64,000 nt of DNA from positions 2,912,001 to 2,976,000 of the forward strand of contig OZ244621.1 of assembly GCA_965218425.1 (NCBI GenBank), written 5' to 3'. A program made the translations under genes and the position numbers. The DNA is from an uncultured Candidatus Binatia bacterium. GTDB taxonomy: Bacteria; Desulfobacterota; Binatia; UBA9968; CAXXLF01. The notes beneath the pieces were generated by a model, which was not told where the DNA came from, did no database searches, and saw nothing but the letters and a program-made list of their open reading frames with translations. This document shows, piece after piece, positions 51,620 to 61,510 of this stretch; position 1 is the stretch's first letter, and every line of letters starts with the position of its first letter.

Positions 51620-51731
51620 AGATTATCCGATGGTGCGAGCAGAGCTCGTGGGATGATGGAGTAGAATCAGCAGTTGGGTAACCTTAGAGTGGATTGGCCC
51701 ATTATTCAAGGGTAAAATTAATCGTGAGAAT

Positions 51732-52232
51732 CTATTTTGCCAAGGACCACGAATCGTTTGGATCATCAATGGCCACTTGAGAGTGTGAAGGGTATTGGAG
51801 ATTAATACGTAGGATCACGAACATCGAAAGGGGGGCTGAAGGGGGTATGGACCTTCCCGTCAGCACTATTTTGGAGAGGTTCTTTTCGATGCACTGAACC
51901 GCTTCTTCTGCGTTGGCCGATTTGGCGATAAAGGGACGACCGGAAATCATTCCCTCTTCGTTTTTTGCCGCTGCCGCGATCAAGAAAACGATGGGGGTAT
52001 TCTTGAGAGTCTCATCTGCGATGATATTGGAGGCGATCTCGCCTCCATCCATATCGGGTATGACGATGTCGAGCAGGATAAGGTCTGGCTTAAATTTCTT
52101 GGCGGCTGCCAGTGCCATTTCACCTCGGTTCTCGTCTCTCACCTCGTAGGTGCCCGTTTTTTCCAGATAGAGCTTTAGCACGCGGGTAAAGCCTGGCTCG
52201 TCGTCGACAAGGAGGATCCGCTTTTTCGTCAT
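51732..52232 (-). CDS. Single-domain response regulator (receiver)
   Basis: ILLVDDE and PDLILLDIVIPDMDG motifs. Confidence 0.85.
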   Translation of the reverse strand: MTKKRILLVDDEPGFTRVLKLYLEKTGTYEVRDENRGEMALAAAKKFKPDLILLDIVIPDMDGGEIASNIIADETLKNTPIVFLIAAAAKNEEGMISGRPFIAKSANAEEAVQCIEKNLSKIVLTGRSIPPSAPLSMFVILRINLQYPSHSQVAIDDPNDSWSLAK

Positions 52233-52300
52233 TATGATGTCGCGTGCTGATGCGCGCGTCCCGGGCGTGTATGGATCGTTGGAAACCTAGGAGTAAGTGA

Positions 52301-52316
52301 GCACAAGTTGTGCCAA
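52301..52316 (-). promoter_or_regulatory. Candidate sigma54 (-24/-12) promoter
   Basis: TTGGCACAACTTGTGC = GG-N10-GC on the minus strand, about 70 bp upstream of the receiver gene. Confidence 0.55.
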
Positions 52317-52546
52317 ATGGGGTGCCTCCCCGTGCCTGAAAAAAATATTGTTGGGCCGAAGGTTTCTTATGATGATCGACCCCAGGGTTCGTTGGTCCAC
52401 CAGGAACGCGGTTTCGAAACACTGCCCGGAGTGACGAATTTTGTCTCGATGGGTTGAGTGTGGTCTTGGATGTTTTTTGCAGGACTTACTTGGGGGAATC
52501 CTAGGGGGGCAAAACGGCCTGGGTAGCCGGTGACGCCGGCTTAGGA

Positions 52547-53284
52547 TTATTTACAAGCCGAGACAAATACGGAGAAGATTTTTCTTTGGGGGAGGTTTTT
52601 CTCCATGAGGTACTCGGGGTGCCACTGAACTCCGAGGACGAAGCGATGATCCTTGCTTTCAATGCCTTCGATGATTCCATCTTCCGCGGTGGCATTGACG
52701 ATTAAACCCTTGCCGGGTTCCTTGACCGCCTGGTGATGGGTGGTATTCACATTGATGGCTTTTCGGCCCACGATTCGATGAAGTTTCGTCTTAGGTAAAA
52801 TGGTGATGGAATGGCTGCTCTGGCTTTTTGGGGTTTTCTGCTCATGTTCTAGGGTATGGGGAACTTGCGTGGAGATATCCTGGTAAAGGGATCCGCCCAG
52901 AACCACGTTGATGGCCTGTTGGCCTGCGCACACCCCGAGGATCGGAAGGTCGCGCACCAGAGCCAAACCGATCAACTCAAGCTCAAATTGCGTTCGCTCT
53001 TTTTTTATCTCTCTAATCGACTCTAGGGGATTCTCGCCATACAAAATCGGATGGATGTCAAAGTTTCCTCCCGTCACCAGGATTCCATCGAGACCATCCA
53101 AGGCCCTTTTCAATGTTCTTCGTGAAAGAATAGGGGAGAGGACCATGGGGATCCCTCCCCCATTGAGGACCGCTTGGTCGTATCGATGTGACAAAAGGAG
53201 GTTCAAGTCGTTAAGATCGGCGCCGGTTTCACCGGTTCCGATGTCAGGTGTAACGCCAATGATGGGTTGTTCGCCCCGTTTCAC
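52547..53284 (-). CDS. Gamma-glutamyl-gamma-aminobutyrate hydrolase family (peptidase C26)
   Basis: PIIGVT, LGVCAG, NTTHHQA and GVQWHPE motifs. Confidence 0.92.
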   Translation of the reverse strand: MKRGEQPIIGVTPDIGTGETGADLNDLNLLLSHRYDQAVLNGGGIPMVLSPILSRRTLKRALDGLDGILVTGGNFDIHPILYGENPLESIREIKKERTQFELELIGLALVRDLPILGVCAGQQAINVVLGGSLYQDISTQVPHTLEHEQKTPKSQSSHSITILPKTKLHRIVGRKAINVNTTHHQAVKEPGKGLIVNATAEDGIIEGIESKDHRFVLGVQWHPEYLMEKNLPQRKIFSVFVSACK

Positions 53285-53389
53285 TAGCAGGGTCCCTCTC
53301 GTTTGATGGTTGAGTTTCCCAAAAGAGTACGATGATCGATTGAACCCCCTATGAGCCGCCGCTGATGGCGTCAGGTTTAAGGGAGTCTT

Positions 53390-55429
53390 TCAAGGTTTGT
53401 TGTCATAGAGTTCTTTGTAGATCCAATAGTTGCGCAGGACGAGTTTTACGTAGCCGCGAGTTTCCCGATAGGGTATTCGCTCGATGAACTCCTCTTCATC
53501 CAGGGAAGCAAATCTTTTTTCCCAGCGATTCACAGGACGTCTGCCGGCATTATATGCGGCGAGGGCTTTTGCCAGGCTGTTTGGATACTTTTCACGGAGC
53601 CCCTTGAGGTGGTGAATTCCCAGCTTGAGATTCAAATCCGGGTCGAAGAATTTCTCCGGTCCGGAATACCTGAGGCCCATGTTCGCTGCTTCACGGCCGG
53701 CGGTCGAAGGGATAAGTTGCATCAGACCCAATGCGGACGCCGGAGAAACGGCGTCCGGATCAAAAAGGCTTTCCTGCCGGATCAGCGCCAAGATCAAATA
53801 GGGATCCAATCCTCTCTGTTCCGATTCTTTTTTTATGATGTCCCAATAGGCGAGCGGATAGCGATACCGTTTTGACTCTTTAGAGGACGCACCGAACTGT
53901 ATAGCCAAGGTGACGCTACGGTCGTAGCCTCTATTGCGCGCGTACTGCTCCATCAGCATCATCCTGAATTTAGAGTCCTTGCCGATCTGGTCTCTGACTC
54001 GATCCAATTCGGCCACTGCGAATCGATGGAGCGATAGTTCGGATAGCTTCTGCGCGCGCGAAAGATGAAAGGAAAGGTCTTCATTGGTTGGAACCGTGAG
54101 GTTGGGTGGAGGCTGACCGGTGAGCGGTTGTCTATTATCCACCAATTCTCCCAGCCTGAGCAGCGCCTTCCTTGAAGGGCCCTTGTAGTAAGTATCGCCG
54201 GTTCGACTCAAAATTCGCCGGTAAAAGCCTTTTGCCTCCTCTTGATTGCCCAAACGTTCGGCGGTTTTTGCCTGCCAGAAGCGGGCGCCGGTCCTGAAAT
54301 GCTCGGGGTACTTGCCCGTGGCGATAACTTTAAAAGCAGCGTGTGCCGCGTTGTAGTCTGCTGCGAGGTAATGAATCCAAGCCAATCTCCAGGCCGCCTG
54401 AGCCCGCCAACGACTGCGGGGGAATTTCCCAGGAAAATCGCGATAGATTCTTATGGCCTCGGATGGGACCTTTAGTGATTCGTAGATGCGACCTCTAGCG
54501 AATTCAGCGTGATCAATATTCGGGTTCTCCGGGTAACGCTCCCCCAGCTTTTTAAATCCGGTGAGGGCCTCCCGGTTCATGCCCTGATTCCAAAGGATTT
54601 CTGCGATGCGGTGGAAGGCATCGGAGGCTTGCGGTGTTTGTGGATACTCCCGCACCATCTGATTCAGAACTTCTTTTTCTTGATTCCTTTTGCGTGCCCT
54701 GCGGTACACCTCGGCGAGGCCCGTGAGGGAGGAAAGCCGGACGTTTTTACTTGAATCCTGACCTGGCAGGGCTCGGTAAATTTTTTCTGCTTCGGAGTAG
54801 TTCAGCTCACCCAGAAGGATTTCGGCCTCTCTTAATAAGGGACCGAGTTTCTTCGCTCCTAAGAGGTCTGGAAATTGTTTCCGGAGTTTTCGCGCCTCTT
54901 TTTTTGCCTTGCCGGCCCATGGGGATAGGGGGAAAGTGGCCCGTAATCTTTGGTAGGACTGGAAGGCAGGTTGTGGATCCCCTTGTTCCGCGTAGGTCTG
55001 GCCGAGGAGGTAAAGGGCCTCGGTGAACAACTGTTCTCCAACCTTTTTCGAGCCAAGGGAATTGAGTAACGCGACGGACTGATTAAGTTTCTTTTCTTTG
55101 AGGGCAATCTTTGCAAGATGGAAGTTTGTGTCGTGGAGCCAAACACTGCGGGGAAAATTATTTTTAAGCCGTCCAAAGTAGTCTCGAGCCTGGTCAAAGG
55201 AATCTTGGGAAAAGGAAATGAGCCCGAGAAAGTAGAGGTTGTAGTCTTCTAGAATGTTTTTTTGTTCCAGAGATTCTCGAAAGAGGGGCTCAGCTTCGGT
55301 GTGTTTTTCTTGCTCTAGAAGAACATAAGCTCTAGAGAATGGATCCTGCAGAGGGCTCGCTGCCGAGTCGATCAGGCCAGGATGTGTCAGCCAGAAAAGA
55401 TGGACGAGAAGGACCAACACCTTGTTCAT
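53390..55429 (-). CDS. Soluble lytic murein transglycosylase with TPR repeats
   Basis: IRQES.F, ALGLMQL, AAYNAG and ETRGYV motifs. Confidence 0.93.
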   Translation of the reverse strand: MNKVLVLLVHLFWLTHPGLIDSAASPLQDPFSRAYVLLEQEKHTEAEPLFRESLEQKNILEDYNLYFLGLISFSQDSFDQARDYFGRLKNNFPRSVWLHDTNFHLAKIALKEKKLNQSVALLNSLGSKKVGEQLFTEALYLLGQTYAEQGDPQPAFQSYQRLRATFPLSPWAGKAKKEARKLRKQFPDLLGAKKLGPLLREAEILLGELNYSEAEKIYRALPGQDSSKNVRLSSLTGLAEVYRRARKRNQEKEVLNQMVREYPQTPQASDAFHRIAEILWNQGMNREALTGFKKLGERYPENPNIDHAEFARGRIYESLKVPSEAIRIYRDFPGKFPRSRWRAQAAWRLAWIHYLAADYNAAHAAFKVIATGKYPEHFRTGARFWQAKTAERLGNQEEAKGFYRRILSRTGDTYYKGPSRKALLRLGELVDNRQPLTGQPPPNLTVPTNEDLSFHLSRAQKLSELSLHRFAVAELDRVRDQIGKDSKFRMMLMEQYARNRGYDRSVTLAIQFGASSKESKRYRYPLAYWDIIKKESEQRGLDPYLILALIRQESLFDPDAVSPASALGLMQLIPSTAGREAANMGLRYSGPEKFFDPDLNLKLGIHHLKGLREKYPNSLAKALAAYNAGRRPVNRWEKRFASLDEEEFIERIPYRETRGYVKLVLRNYWIYKELYDNKP

Positions 55430-55521
55430 GACTTGATTAAAAGCTTAACGGAGTAACAGTAGGAATTCAACCCTGTGGAATGAATTACCTCGAAATTTAT
55501 GCTATGGGATTCCAAAGAGGC

Positions 55522-56220
55522 ATGGCAGTGGTGGATACGATTGCTGAGAATATCCGAAGAGTGATGGCAACCATTCACCGGGCGGCAGAGCGAAGTGGAA
55601 GAGAGCCTAATGAGATCAGGCTCCTGGCGGCCTCCAAGACGCAGGATGTCGAAAAGGTTCGAGCCGCCGCGGAGGCTGGGATTCGCCTCTTCGGAGAGAA
55701 CTATGTCCAGGAGGTGAAAGAAAAAAAGGATGCTCTCGGGGAATCCGTAGAGTGGCACATGATCGGCCATCTCCAAAGAAACAAATCTAAAGTAGCCATT
55801 GGATCGTTTTCTCTGATTCAATCTTTGGACGGCATCGAATTGGCTACGGTGCTGGACAAGGAGGGCAAGAAGTTGGGAAAGCAGGTGAGGGCTTTCGTGG
55901 AAGTCAATCTTGCCAAGGAAGAGTCAAAGAGTGGGGTGAGCGAGGAGGATCTGATGCCGCTGCTAAAAAAGGTGGGCACGTGCTCTCATTTAAAGGTGGA
56001 GGGGTTAATGGTTATTCCGCCTCCCCGAGAAGACCCCGAAGAGGCTCGTCCTTTTTTTCGGAAGTTACGAGAGTTGAAACAATCGTTGGAAAAATTAGCA
56101 ATTCCTAACGTGGACCTGAAAGAGCTTTCCATGGGTATGACCCATGATTTTCCCGTTGCCATAGAGGAGGGATCCACCATCGTTCGCGTCGGTACAGCCA
56201 TCTTTGGACAGAGGACATAG
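55522..56220 (+). CDS. yggS: PLP homeostasis protein
   Basis: AASK, FGENYVQE, WHMIGHLQRNK, LSMGMT and RVGTAIFG motifs. Confidence 0.95.
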   Translation: MAVVDTIAENIRRVMATIHRAAERSGREPNEIRLLAASKTQDVEKVRAAAEAGIRLFGENYVQEVKEKKDALGESVEWHMIGHLQRNKSKVAIGSFSLIQSLDGIELATVLDKEGKKLGKQVRAFVEVNLAKEESKSGVSEEDLMPLLKKVGTCSHLKVEGLMVIPPPREDPEEARPFFRKLRELKQSLEKLAIPNVDLKELSMGMTHDFPVAIEEGSTIVRVGTAIFGQRT

Positions 56221-56232
56221 TAATAAAAGCAT

Positions 56233-56532
56233 ATGTTTTTGTTAGCGAATCTACTGGAGGCCCTGGCGGCGGTTCTAAACCTGTTCCTCACCCTGTACAT
56301 GTGGCTCATTATTGCCAGGGCAGTGGTTTCCTGGGTAAGTCCGGACCCCTACAACACCATCGTGCGAATCCTCTACCTCACCACCGAACCCGTGCTTTAC
56401 CGGGTGCGACGGGCCTTCCCCCTAAATGCCGGGGGAATTGATTTCTCTCCTATTATTGTTTTTGTGGTCATCATTTTTCTTCAACGTTTCCTCGTGCAGT
56501 CCCTCTACGACATGGCCGGTACGCTTAAATAA
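56233..56532 (+). CDS. yggT: YggT family membrane protein
   Basis: SWVSPDPYN..V..L...TEP and GIDFSP motifs. Confidence 0.92.
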   Translation: MFLLANLLEALAAVLNLFLTLYMWLIIARAVVSWVSPDPYNTIVRILYLTTEPVLYRVRRAFPLNAGGIDFSPIIVFVVIIFLQRFLVQSLYDMAGTLK

Positions 56533-56575
56533 AGAGTTGGCAGGACGCAGTAGGCAGCGGGCAATGAGTCTTTGA

Positions 56576-56630
56576 ATATCTGAGGCTTAACGTTCGATGC
56601 CCGCGCCCTTCACCCTCATTCCCCTCGTCG
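56576..56630 (+). repeat. Dispersed intergenic repeat, copy 2
   Basis: 47/55 identity with 48918-48972. Confidence 0.75.
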
Positions 56631-56750
56631 AAGCTTGAGTTTCCGCCGACCACGGCTCAGGCCGTAGTCAGTCAGCTCTCTTTTGGTTCCAGGCCCCTGA
56701 GGTCGTCGCAGTGAGAAATATAAAATTTAAGGTTGTGGGGGGAAAAGATT

Positions 56751-56837
56751 TGGTGCGAGGAGGGGGACTTGAACCCCCACGCCATCGCTGGCACTAGCCC
56801 CTCAAACTAGCGCGTCTGCCGGTTCCGCCATCCTCGC
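56751..56837 (-). tRNA. tRNA-Leu(GAG)
   Basis: GCGAGGATGGCGGAACCGGCAGACGCGCTAGTTTGAGGGGCTAG..GGTTCAAGTCC..TCCTCGCACCA; long variable arm; downstream of secG as is usual. Confidence 0.97.
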
Positions 56838-56887
56838 ATGTACAAGCCAACAGGTAGGTTAGGATTTTATACTGCCAAAGCCCGAGG

Positions 56888-57250
56888 TCAAGGGCCAGGA
56901 GGTTCCGTTTTGACTGGTTGCGGGGCAGAGGCCGCCGGTGTATCCGCCTTCTCCTGGGTAGTCGTTGGTGGGGCTTGCTGGCCAGCGGGGGGAGAAATGG
57001 AGTCGAAGATACTGGAGGTGGGTGCCTTGCCGGTAAAATATCCCAGGGTGAGCGACGTCAGCATGAAAACAATTGCCATTGCGGTAGTGAGGCGGGTTAA
57101 GAAGTTTCCAGCCCCGCTACTCCCAAAGATAGTAGAGCTGGATCCTCCAAACACGGCCCCCATTTCCGCTCCTCTGCCAGTCTGTATGAGCACAACCAAA
57201 ATCAATCCTAAGCTCACGATGATATGAACCGCAACAATGAAGGTAATCAC
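56888..57250 (-). CDS. secG: Preprotein translocase subunit SecG
   Basis: LILVVLIQ.G.GA.MG..FGG..FG..G..NFL.R.T motif. Confidence 0.95.
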   Translation of the reverse strand: MITFIVAVHIIVSLGLILVVLIQTGRGAEMGAVFGGSSSTIFGSSGAGNFLTRLTTAMAIVFMLTSLTLGYFTGKAPTSSIFDSISPPAGQQAPPTTTQEKADTPAASAPQPVKTEPPGP

Positions 57251-57262
57251 TTTTTTTGCTCC

Positions 57263-58039
57263 CTAGACTCCACCCGTCTTTACCTCAGAAAAACCGCGAA
57301 TGATCTTCAGGAAATCAATTGCTTTGAGGCTTGCGCCGCCTACCAGAAGGCCGTTCACGTCTGATTCTCTTGCCAGCTCCGCTGTGTTTTCTGGCCGTAC
57401 GCTACCACCATAAAGGAGTCGATTGTCCATGACGTTGTTTTTTCCAAACGGCTGACTCATGCAATTTCGAATCCACTGGTGGGCTTCCCTAACCTGGGCC
57501 GCTGTGGCGTGATGACCTGTGCCGATGGCCCAGACAGGTTCATAAGCGATTGTGATTTTGTCTATAGCATTTTTCCCTACTCCCTTCAACGCGGCTTGAA
57601 TTTGACGGGAGAGGACGGTTTGCATCTTTCCATTCTTTCGTTCTTTTAGGGTCTCGCCGACGCAAAGGATTGGTAAAAGCGCCGTGTTCAGCGCCGCTAG
57701 TATCTTTTTTGCAACCATCACGTCGCTTTCAAGGAATATATGACGCCGTTCTGAATGACCGATGATGACATATTTACAACCAGACTCCTTGATCATCTTT
57801 GGGCTGATCTCGCCGGTGAAGGCGCCCGATTCCGCCCAGTGGACGTTTTGAGCGGCGAGCCGGATTTTTGATGTTTTGGTTATTCCGGCCACGGTGGCCA
57901 AGGCAGTGAAGGGTGGGGTCAACACCACCTCCACGCGACGAACATTTTTCATCCCACGGTAAACCCCCCGAGCGAGCCTAAGGGATTCGGCCGCGGTACC
58001 GTTCATTTTCCAATTACCTACCACCAGCGGCGTTTTCAT
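57263..58039 (-). CDS. tpiA: Triosephosphate isomerase
   Basis: GNWKMN, GAFTGE, GHSERR, AYEPVWAIGTG and LVGGAS; its ATG overlaps the pgk stop. Confidence 0.97.
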   Translation of the reverse strand: MKTPLVVGNWKMNGTAAESLRLARGVYRGMKNVRRVEVVLTPPFTALATVAGITKTSKIRLAAQNVHWAESGAFTGEISPKMIKESGCKYVIIGHSERRHIFLESDVMVAKKILAALNTALLPILCVGETLKERKNGKMQTVLSRQIQAALKGVGKNAIDKITIAYEPVWAIGTGHHATAAQVREAHQWIRNCMSQPFGKNNVMDNRLLYGGSVRPENTAELARESDVNGLLVGGASLKAIDFLKIIRGFSEVKTGGV

Positions 58040-59217
58040 GAATTTCCTTCCAGTGCGAGGACGCCGGGGAGGCTTTTCCCCTCGAGAAACTCCAGAGTGG
58101 CTCCACCGCCGGTTGAGAGATGGGTCATCTTGTCCGCCACCCCGGCCTTTGCAACGGCCGCCACAGTGTCCCCTCCGGCTATAATACTGATGGCGCCACA
58201 TCCCGCTAAGGATCGTGCTACGGCTAGCGTTCCGCCGCTGAATGGCTCGTTTTCAAACAGGCCCAAGGGACCGTTCCAAAGCACGGTCTTGGATTCGCCA
58301 ATGGCTTGGACGAAAGAGGCGACGGTCTTTGGACCGATGTCCAATCCCATGGAGTCTTCAGGAATGTTCAGCCCTAAGACTACAGTCCCATGGCCGCTCT
58401 CGGGCTCATCTGTAACCACGTGATCTGTGGGGAGGAGAAAGCGAACCTTTCGATCCGCTGCCTGCTCCATGAGATCCTTTGCCAGGCAGAGACGGTCGTT
58501 TTCCACCAGGGACTTGCCAATGGCTGCGCCTCGGGCCTTTAGGAACGTGTAGGCCATGCCTCCGCCTATAATAAAGCTATCCACCTTCGGGAGCAGGTTC
58601 CGTATGACTCCAATCTTGTCGGAGACCTTGGCTCCGCCAAGGATTGCACTGAAGGGTCTACTGGGTGAAGCGAGTACGCCGCCTAAATAATCCAGCTCTT
58701 TTTTAAAAAGAACCCCCGCTGCTTTTTCATGAAAGAATTTAACCATACCCTCCGTGGAGGCGTGGGCCCGATGGGCGGTCCCGAAGGCGTCGTTTACGTA
58801 TACCTCGGCCAGCGAAGCGAGGGCCTTTGAAAAGTCCGGATCATTGGCTTCTTCCTCGGGGTGAAAACGCAAGTTTTCTAACAAGACCACTTTTGGCCTG
58901 GCTGCGTCAGCCACCGCCTTCTCGACTTGGGGGCCGATACAATCCGCCGCCCATGCTACAGGTGAATCGAGTGCGTTTTCCAAATAATCTCGAACCGGAG
59001 CCAGACTCCATTGAGCCGCAATTTTGCCCCCGGGTCTTCCCATATGAGAGGCTACGATAATTTTTTTCGCTTGAGCTACGAGGAATTGCAGTGTGGGAAG
59101 CGTGCTGTCGATGCGGTGCGTTTCAGAGATTTTTCCATTCTTGAGAGGAACGTTGAAATCCACTCGCACAAAAATATTTTTATCCTTGAGACTGAGCCCT
59201 TCGAGAGCGTGAATCAT
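58036..59217 (-). CDS. pgk: Phosphoglycerate kinase
   Basis: RVDFNVP, LLENLRF, NDAFGTAHRAHAS, WNGPLG and STGGGA motifs. Confidence 0.98.
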   Translation of the reverse strand: MIHALEGLSLKDKNIFVRVDFNVPLKNGKISETHRIDSTLPTLQFLVAQAKKIIVASHMGRPGGKIAAQWSLAPVRDYLENALDSPVAWAADCIGPQVEKAVADAARPKVVLLENLRFHPEEEANDPDFSKALASLAEVYVNDAFGTAHRAHASTEGMVKFFHEKAAGVLFKKELDYLGGVLASPSRPFSAILGGAKVSDKIGVIRNLLPKVDSFIIGGGMAYTFLKARGAAIGKSLVENDRLCLAKDLMEQAADRKVRFLLPTDHVVTDEPESGHGTVVLGLNIPEDSMGLDIGPKTVASFVQAIGESKTVLWNGPLGLFENEPFSGGTLAVARSLAGCGAISIIAGGDTVAAVAKAGVADKMTHLSTGGGATLEFLEGKSLPGVLALEGNS

Positions 59218-59266
59218 ACTCGAACTCTTCCTGCTTGAAGCGTTTGATTTGTTCCACGACGGATTA

Positions 59267-59294
59267 TTGATTGACTAACTACAGCGATTATAAT
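59267..59294 (+). promoter_or_regulatory. Candidate sigma70 promoter of the tol-pal operon
   Basis: TTGATT-N16-TATAAT. Confidence 0.45.
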
Positions 59295-59324
59295 ACTTTT
59301 TCAATTGATTTGTTGGAATTCGTT

Positions 59325-60065
59325 ATGCCTTCCTTTTCGTCTATTCAACTTTTTGCGCAGACAGGCTTGTCAGCGACCCAGGAACAGGGGATCTGGGATC
59401 TAGTGGCGGGATCGGGACCCGTCGTTCAGATGGTCCTTTATATTCTGGTGCTCTTTTCAGTGGTCAGCTGGGGAATTATGTTCTACAAGTTCCGCCAGGT
59501 CCGTGCGGCAAGAATGCAATCAGAGAGGTTCATTGCTATCTTCTGGGACAGCAAGGATCTCTCCACCATCCATGAAACGAGTACGGAGTTGATCATGAGT
59601 CCCGTGGCGCAGGTCTTCCGCGCTGGATATGAAGAGATGCTGCGGTTTTCCCGTATAAAAGACGAGAAATCTCAAGGGGAAAAAATAACAACGGAGTTAG
59701 GAGGTGTGGAAAACGTGGGTCGAGCCATGAAGCGGGCCACCACTGTGGAGATCACAAAGCTCGAAAAAGCTTTGATCTTTCTTGCTACAACTTCCGGAAC
59801 CACGCCGTTTATAGGGTTGTTCGGTACCGTTTGGGGAATTATGAATGCATTTCGGGGCCTCAGCGCGACCCACACCTCTAGCATTCAAGCTGTTGCTCCC
59901 GGCATTGCGGAGGCTCTTGTCGCTACCGCCGCCGGATTGGCCGCTGCCATTCCCGCCCTCATGGCCTACAATCATTTTGCCCAGAAAATCAGAGTTCTCA
60001 CTTCCGACATGGACAACTTCTCCCATGAGTTTTTGAACATAGCAGAGCGACACTTCGTCGCATAA
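59325..60065 (+). CDS. tolQ: Tol-Pal system protein TolQ
   Basis: TPFIGLFGTVWGIM and VAPGIAEALVATAAGL motifs; start codon uncertain. Confidence 0.95.
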   Translation: MPSFSSIQLFAQTGLSATQEQGIWDLVAGSGPVVQMVLYILVLFSVVSWGIMFYKFRQVRAARMQSERFIAIFWDSKDLSTIHETSTELIMSPVAQVFRAGYEEMLRFSRIKDEKSQGEKITTELGGVENVGRAMKRATTVEITKLEKALIFLATTSGTTPFIGLFGTVWGIMNAFRGLSATHTSSIQAVAPGIAEALVATAAGLAAAIPALMAYNHFAQKIRVLTSDMDNFSHEFLNIAERHFVA

Positions 60066-60111
60066 CTTGATTTCATCACATAATTTGTAAGGATTAGAAA
60101 GGGAGTTGAGT

Positions 60112-60534
60112 ATGGCTACCGATTTTTCCTCCCGGCGAGATGGAACCGCCATTTCGCAAATTAACGTAACACCCTTTGTTGACGTAATGCTGGTACTCCT
60201 GGTGATTTTCATGGTCACGGCACCCATCCTCCAGCAGGGGGTGCAGGTGAACTTGCCGGAGGCCAAGGCCGGAGCCGTTGCGGGGAAGGACGAACCCTTG
60301 GTGGTGTCCATTACGGAGAAGGGAAAGGTCTACCTCAATGATAATCAGATCAGGCTAGCTGAACTGAAAATAAAGCTTCAAGCCATTAGACAGATCCAGA
60401 AAGGCAAGGAGGTGTTCCTTAGGGCAGACAGAAGCGTTCCCTACGGAGTGGTTATGAAGGCCATTGCAACAATAAAAGAAGCAGGTATCGTTAAACTTGG
60501 AATGATTACCCAACCTCCACCCACCAGGAGCTAG
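60112..60534 (+). CDS. tolR: Tol-Pal system protein TolR
   Basis: INVTPFVDVMLVLLVIFMVTAP and RAD..VPYG motifs. Confidence 0.95.
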   Translation: MATDFSSRRDGTAISQINVTPFVDVMLVLLVIFMVTAPILQQGVQVNLPEAKAGAVAGKDEPLVVSITEKGKVYLNDNQIRLAELKIKLQAIRQIQKGKEVFLRADRSVPYGVVMKAIATIKEAGIVKLGMITQPPPTRS

Positions 60535-60537
60535 GCT

Positions 60538-61506
60538 GTGCTATTCCGATCTCTGCTGAATGAAGAAGGGGAGCAAGAGGAAGCCTCACTTCCCCCTTCA
60601 TCTGAAGATGAAAAGGGTGGATTGTGGCGGTGGATCCTCTTTTCTGGAGCCCTCCACTTCGCTATCGTTGCGATATTCCTGCTGGTGCCCCACACTCCTT
60701 TTTCAAGGACCATAAGCTATCCGGTTTATACGGTTGAATTGGTGGGGGGAGAAAAAATCGGCGGTGGTACCCAGGTCGCTGCCGTCAAAACACCGCCCGC
60801 CACAAAGAAAAAAGCCAAGCCGGTCAAGACCCAACCAACTAAGGTTAAAAAGAAGGCCGCTCCGCCGCCTGTAAAAGTAAAAAAAACAGCAAAGAGAATA
60901 GACGCACCGGCGGTGAAACTCGTTAAAAAGCCAATAAAACGGAAAAAGCTAGGAAAAAAGGTCACTCGGAGGCCAACTCGAAAAGTGCATAACAGAATCA
61001 TCAGCGCGGAAATAAAAAAAACCGAAAGAACCCCAGAGAAGGAAGGAATCTCTGAGCAAGCCCGTGAAAAAATGATCCTGGCGGCCGTGGAAAGAGTTAA
61101 ACTACGGGCCGAGACACAACGGGCGAAAAAAGAGAAATCCGGTGCCATGGGGGATCCGAAATCAGGTGGAGGGGCAGTTGGGCCTGGGAAAAACGGTCGT
61201 GGCGGTGGACTCCTTAAGGGATTTGAGTTCTTGGTCTATCGGAACAGAATGCTACACTTGATCAAGGAGCAGTGGACATGGGTGGGGAAGTTATCTGATT
61301 TGGAAGTTACCGTCCGATTTGGAATTCTGGAGAATGGCGAAGTGAATGGGCTCCGGGTGGTTGAGGCCTCTGGAGATCCTACCTATGACGATTCCGTGCT
61401 GCGGGCTATGCGAAAGGCCGCCCCTTTGCCGCCGCCTCCGGATGATTATCGTAAGGACTTTATGAACGTGGAGTTGACATTCCGACTGAAAGATTTGAGA
61501 GGGTAG
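60538..61506 (+). CDS. tolA: TolA/TonB-family protein
   Basis: TM segment with S-x3-H, Lys/Pro-rich linker and TonB_C-like end; lies between tolR and tolB. Confidence 0.85.
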   Translation: MLFRSLLNEEGEQEEASLPPSSEDEKGGLWRWILFSGALHFAIVAIFLLVPHTPFSRTISYPVYTVELVGGEKIGGGTQVAAVKTPPATKKKAKPVKTQPTKVKKKAAPPPVKVKKTAKRIDAPAVKLVKKPIKRKKLGKKVTRRPTRKVHNRIISAEIKKTERTPEKEGISEQAREKMILAAVERVKLRAETQRAKKEKSGAMGDPKSGGGAVGPGKNGRGGGLLKGFEFLVYRNRMLHLIKEQWTWVGKLSDLEVTVRFGILENGEVNGLRVVEASGDPTYDDSVLRAMRKAAPLPPPPDDYRKDFMNVELTFRLKDLRG

Positions 61507-61510
61507 AAGC

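Noticed and set aside
56751..56837. tRNA-Leu as the island integration site
   Set aside because: No duplicate of its 3' end and no integrase seen; it is flanked by core genes.
58036..58201. Thermotoga-style PGK-TPI frameshift fusion (the tpi frame is open 54 codons into pgk)
   Set aside because: No X XXY YYZ slippery site at the pgk end; the ATGA overlap with a GGAAGGA RBS fits ordinary translational coupling.
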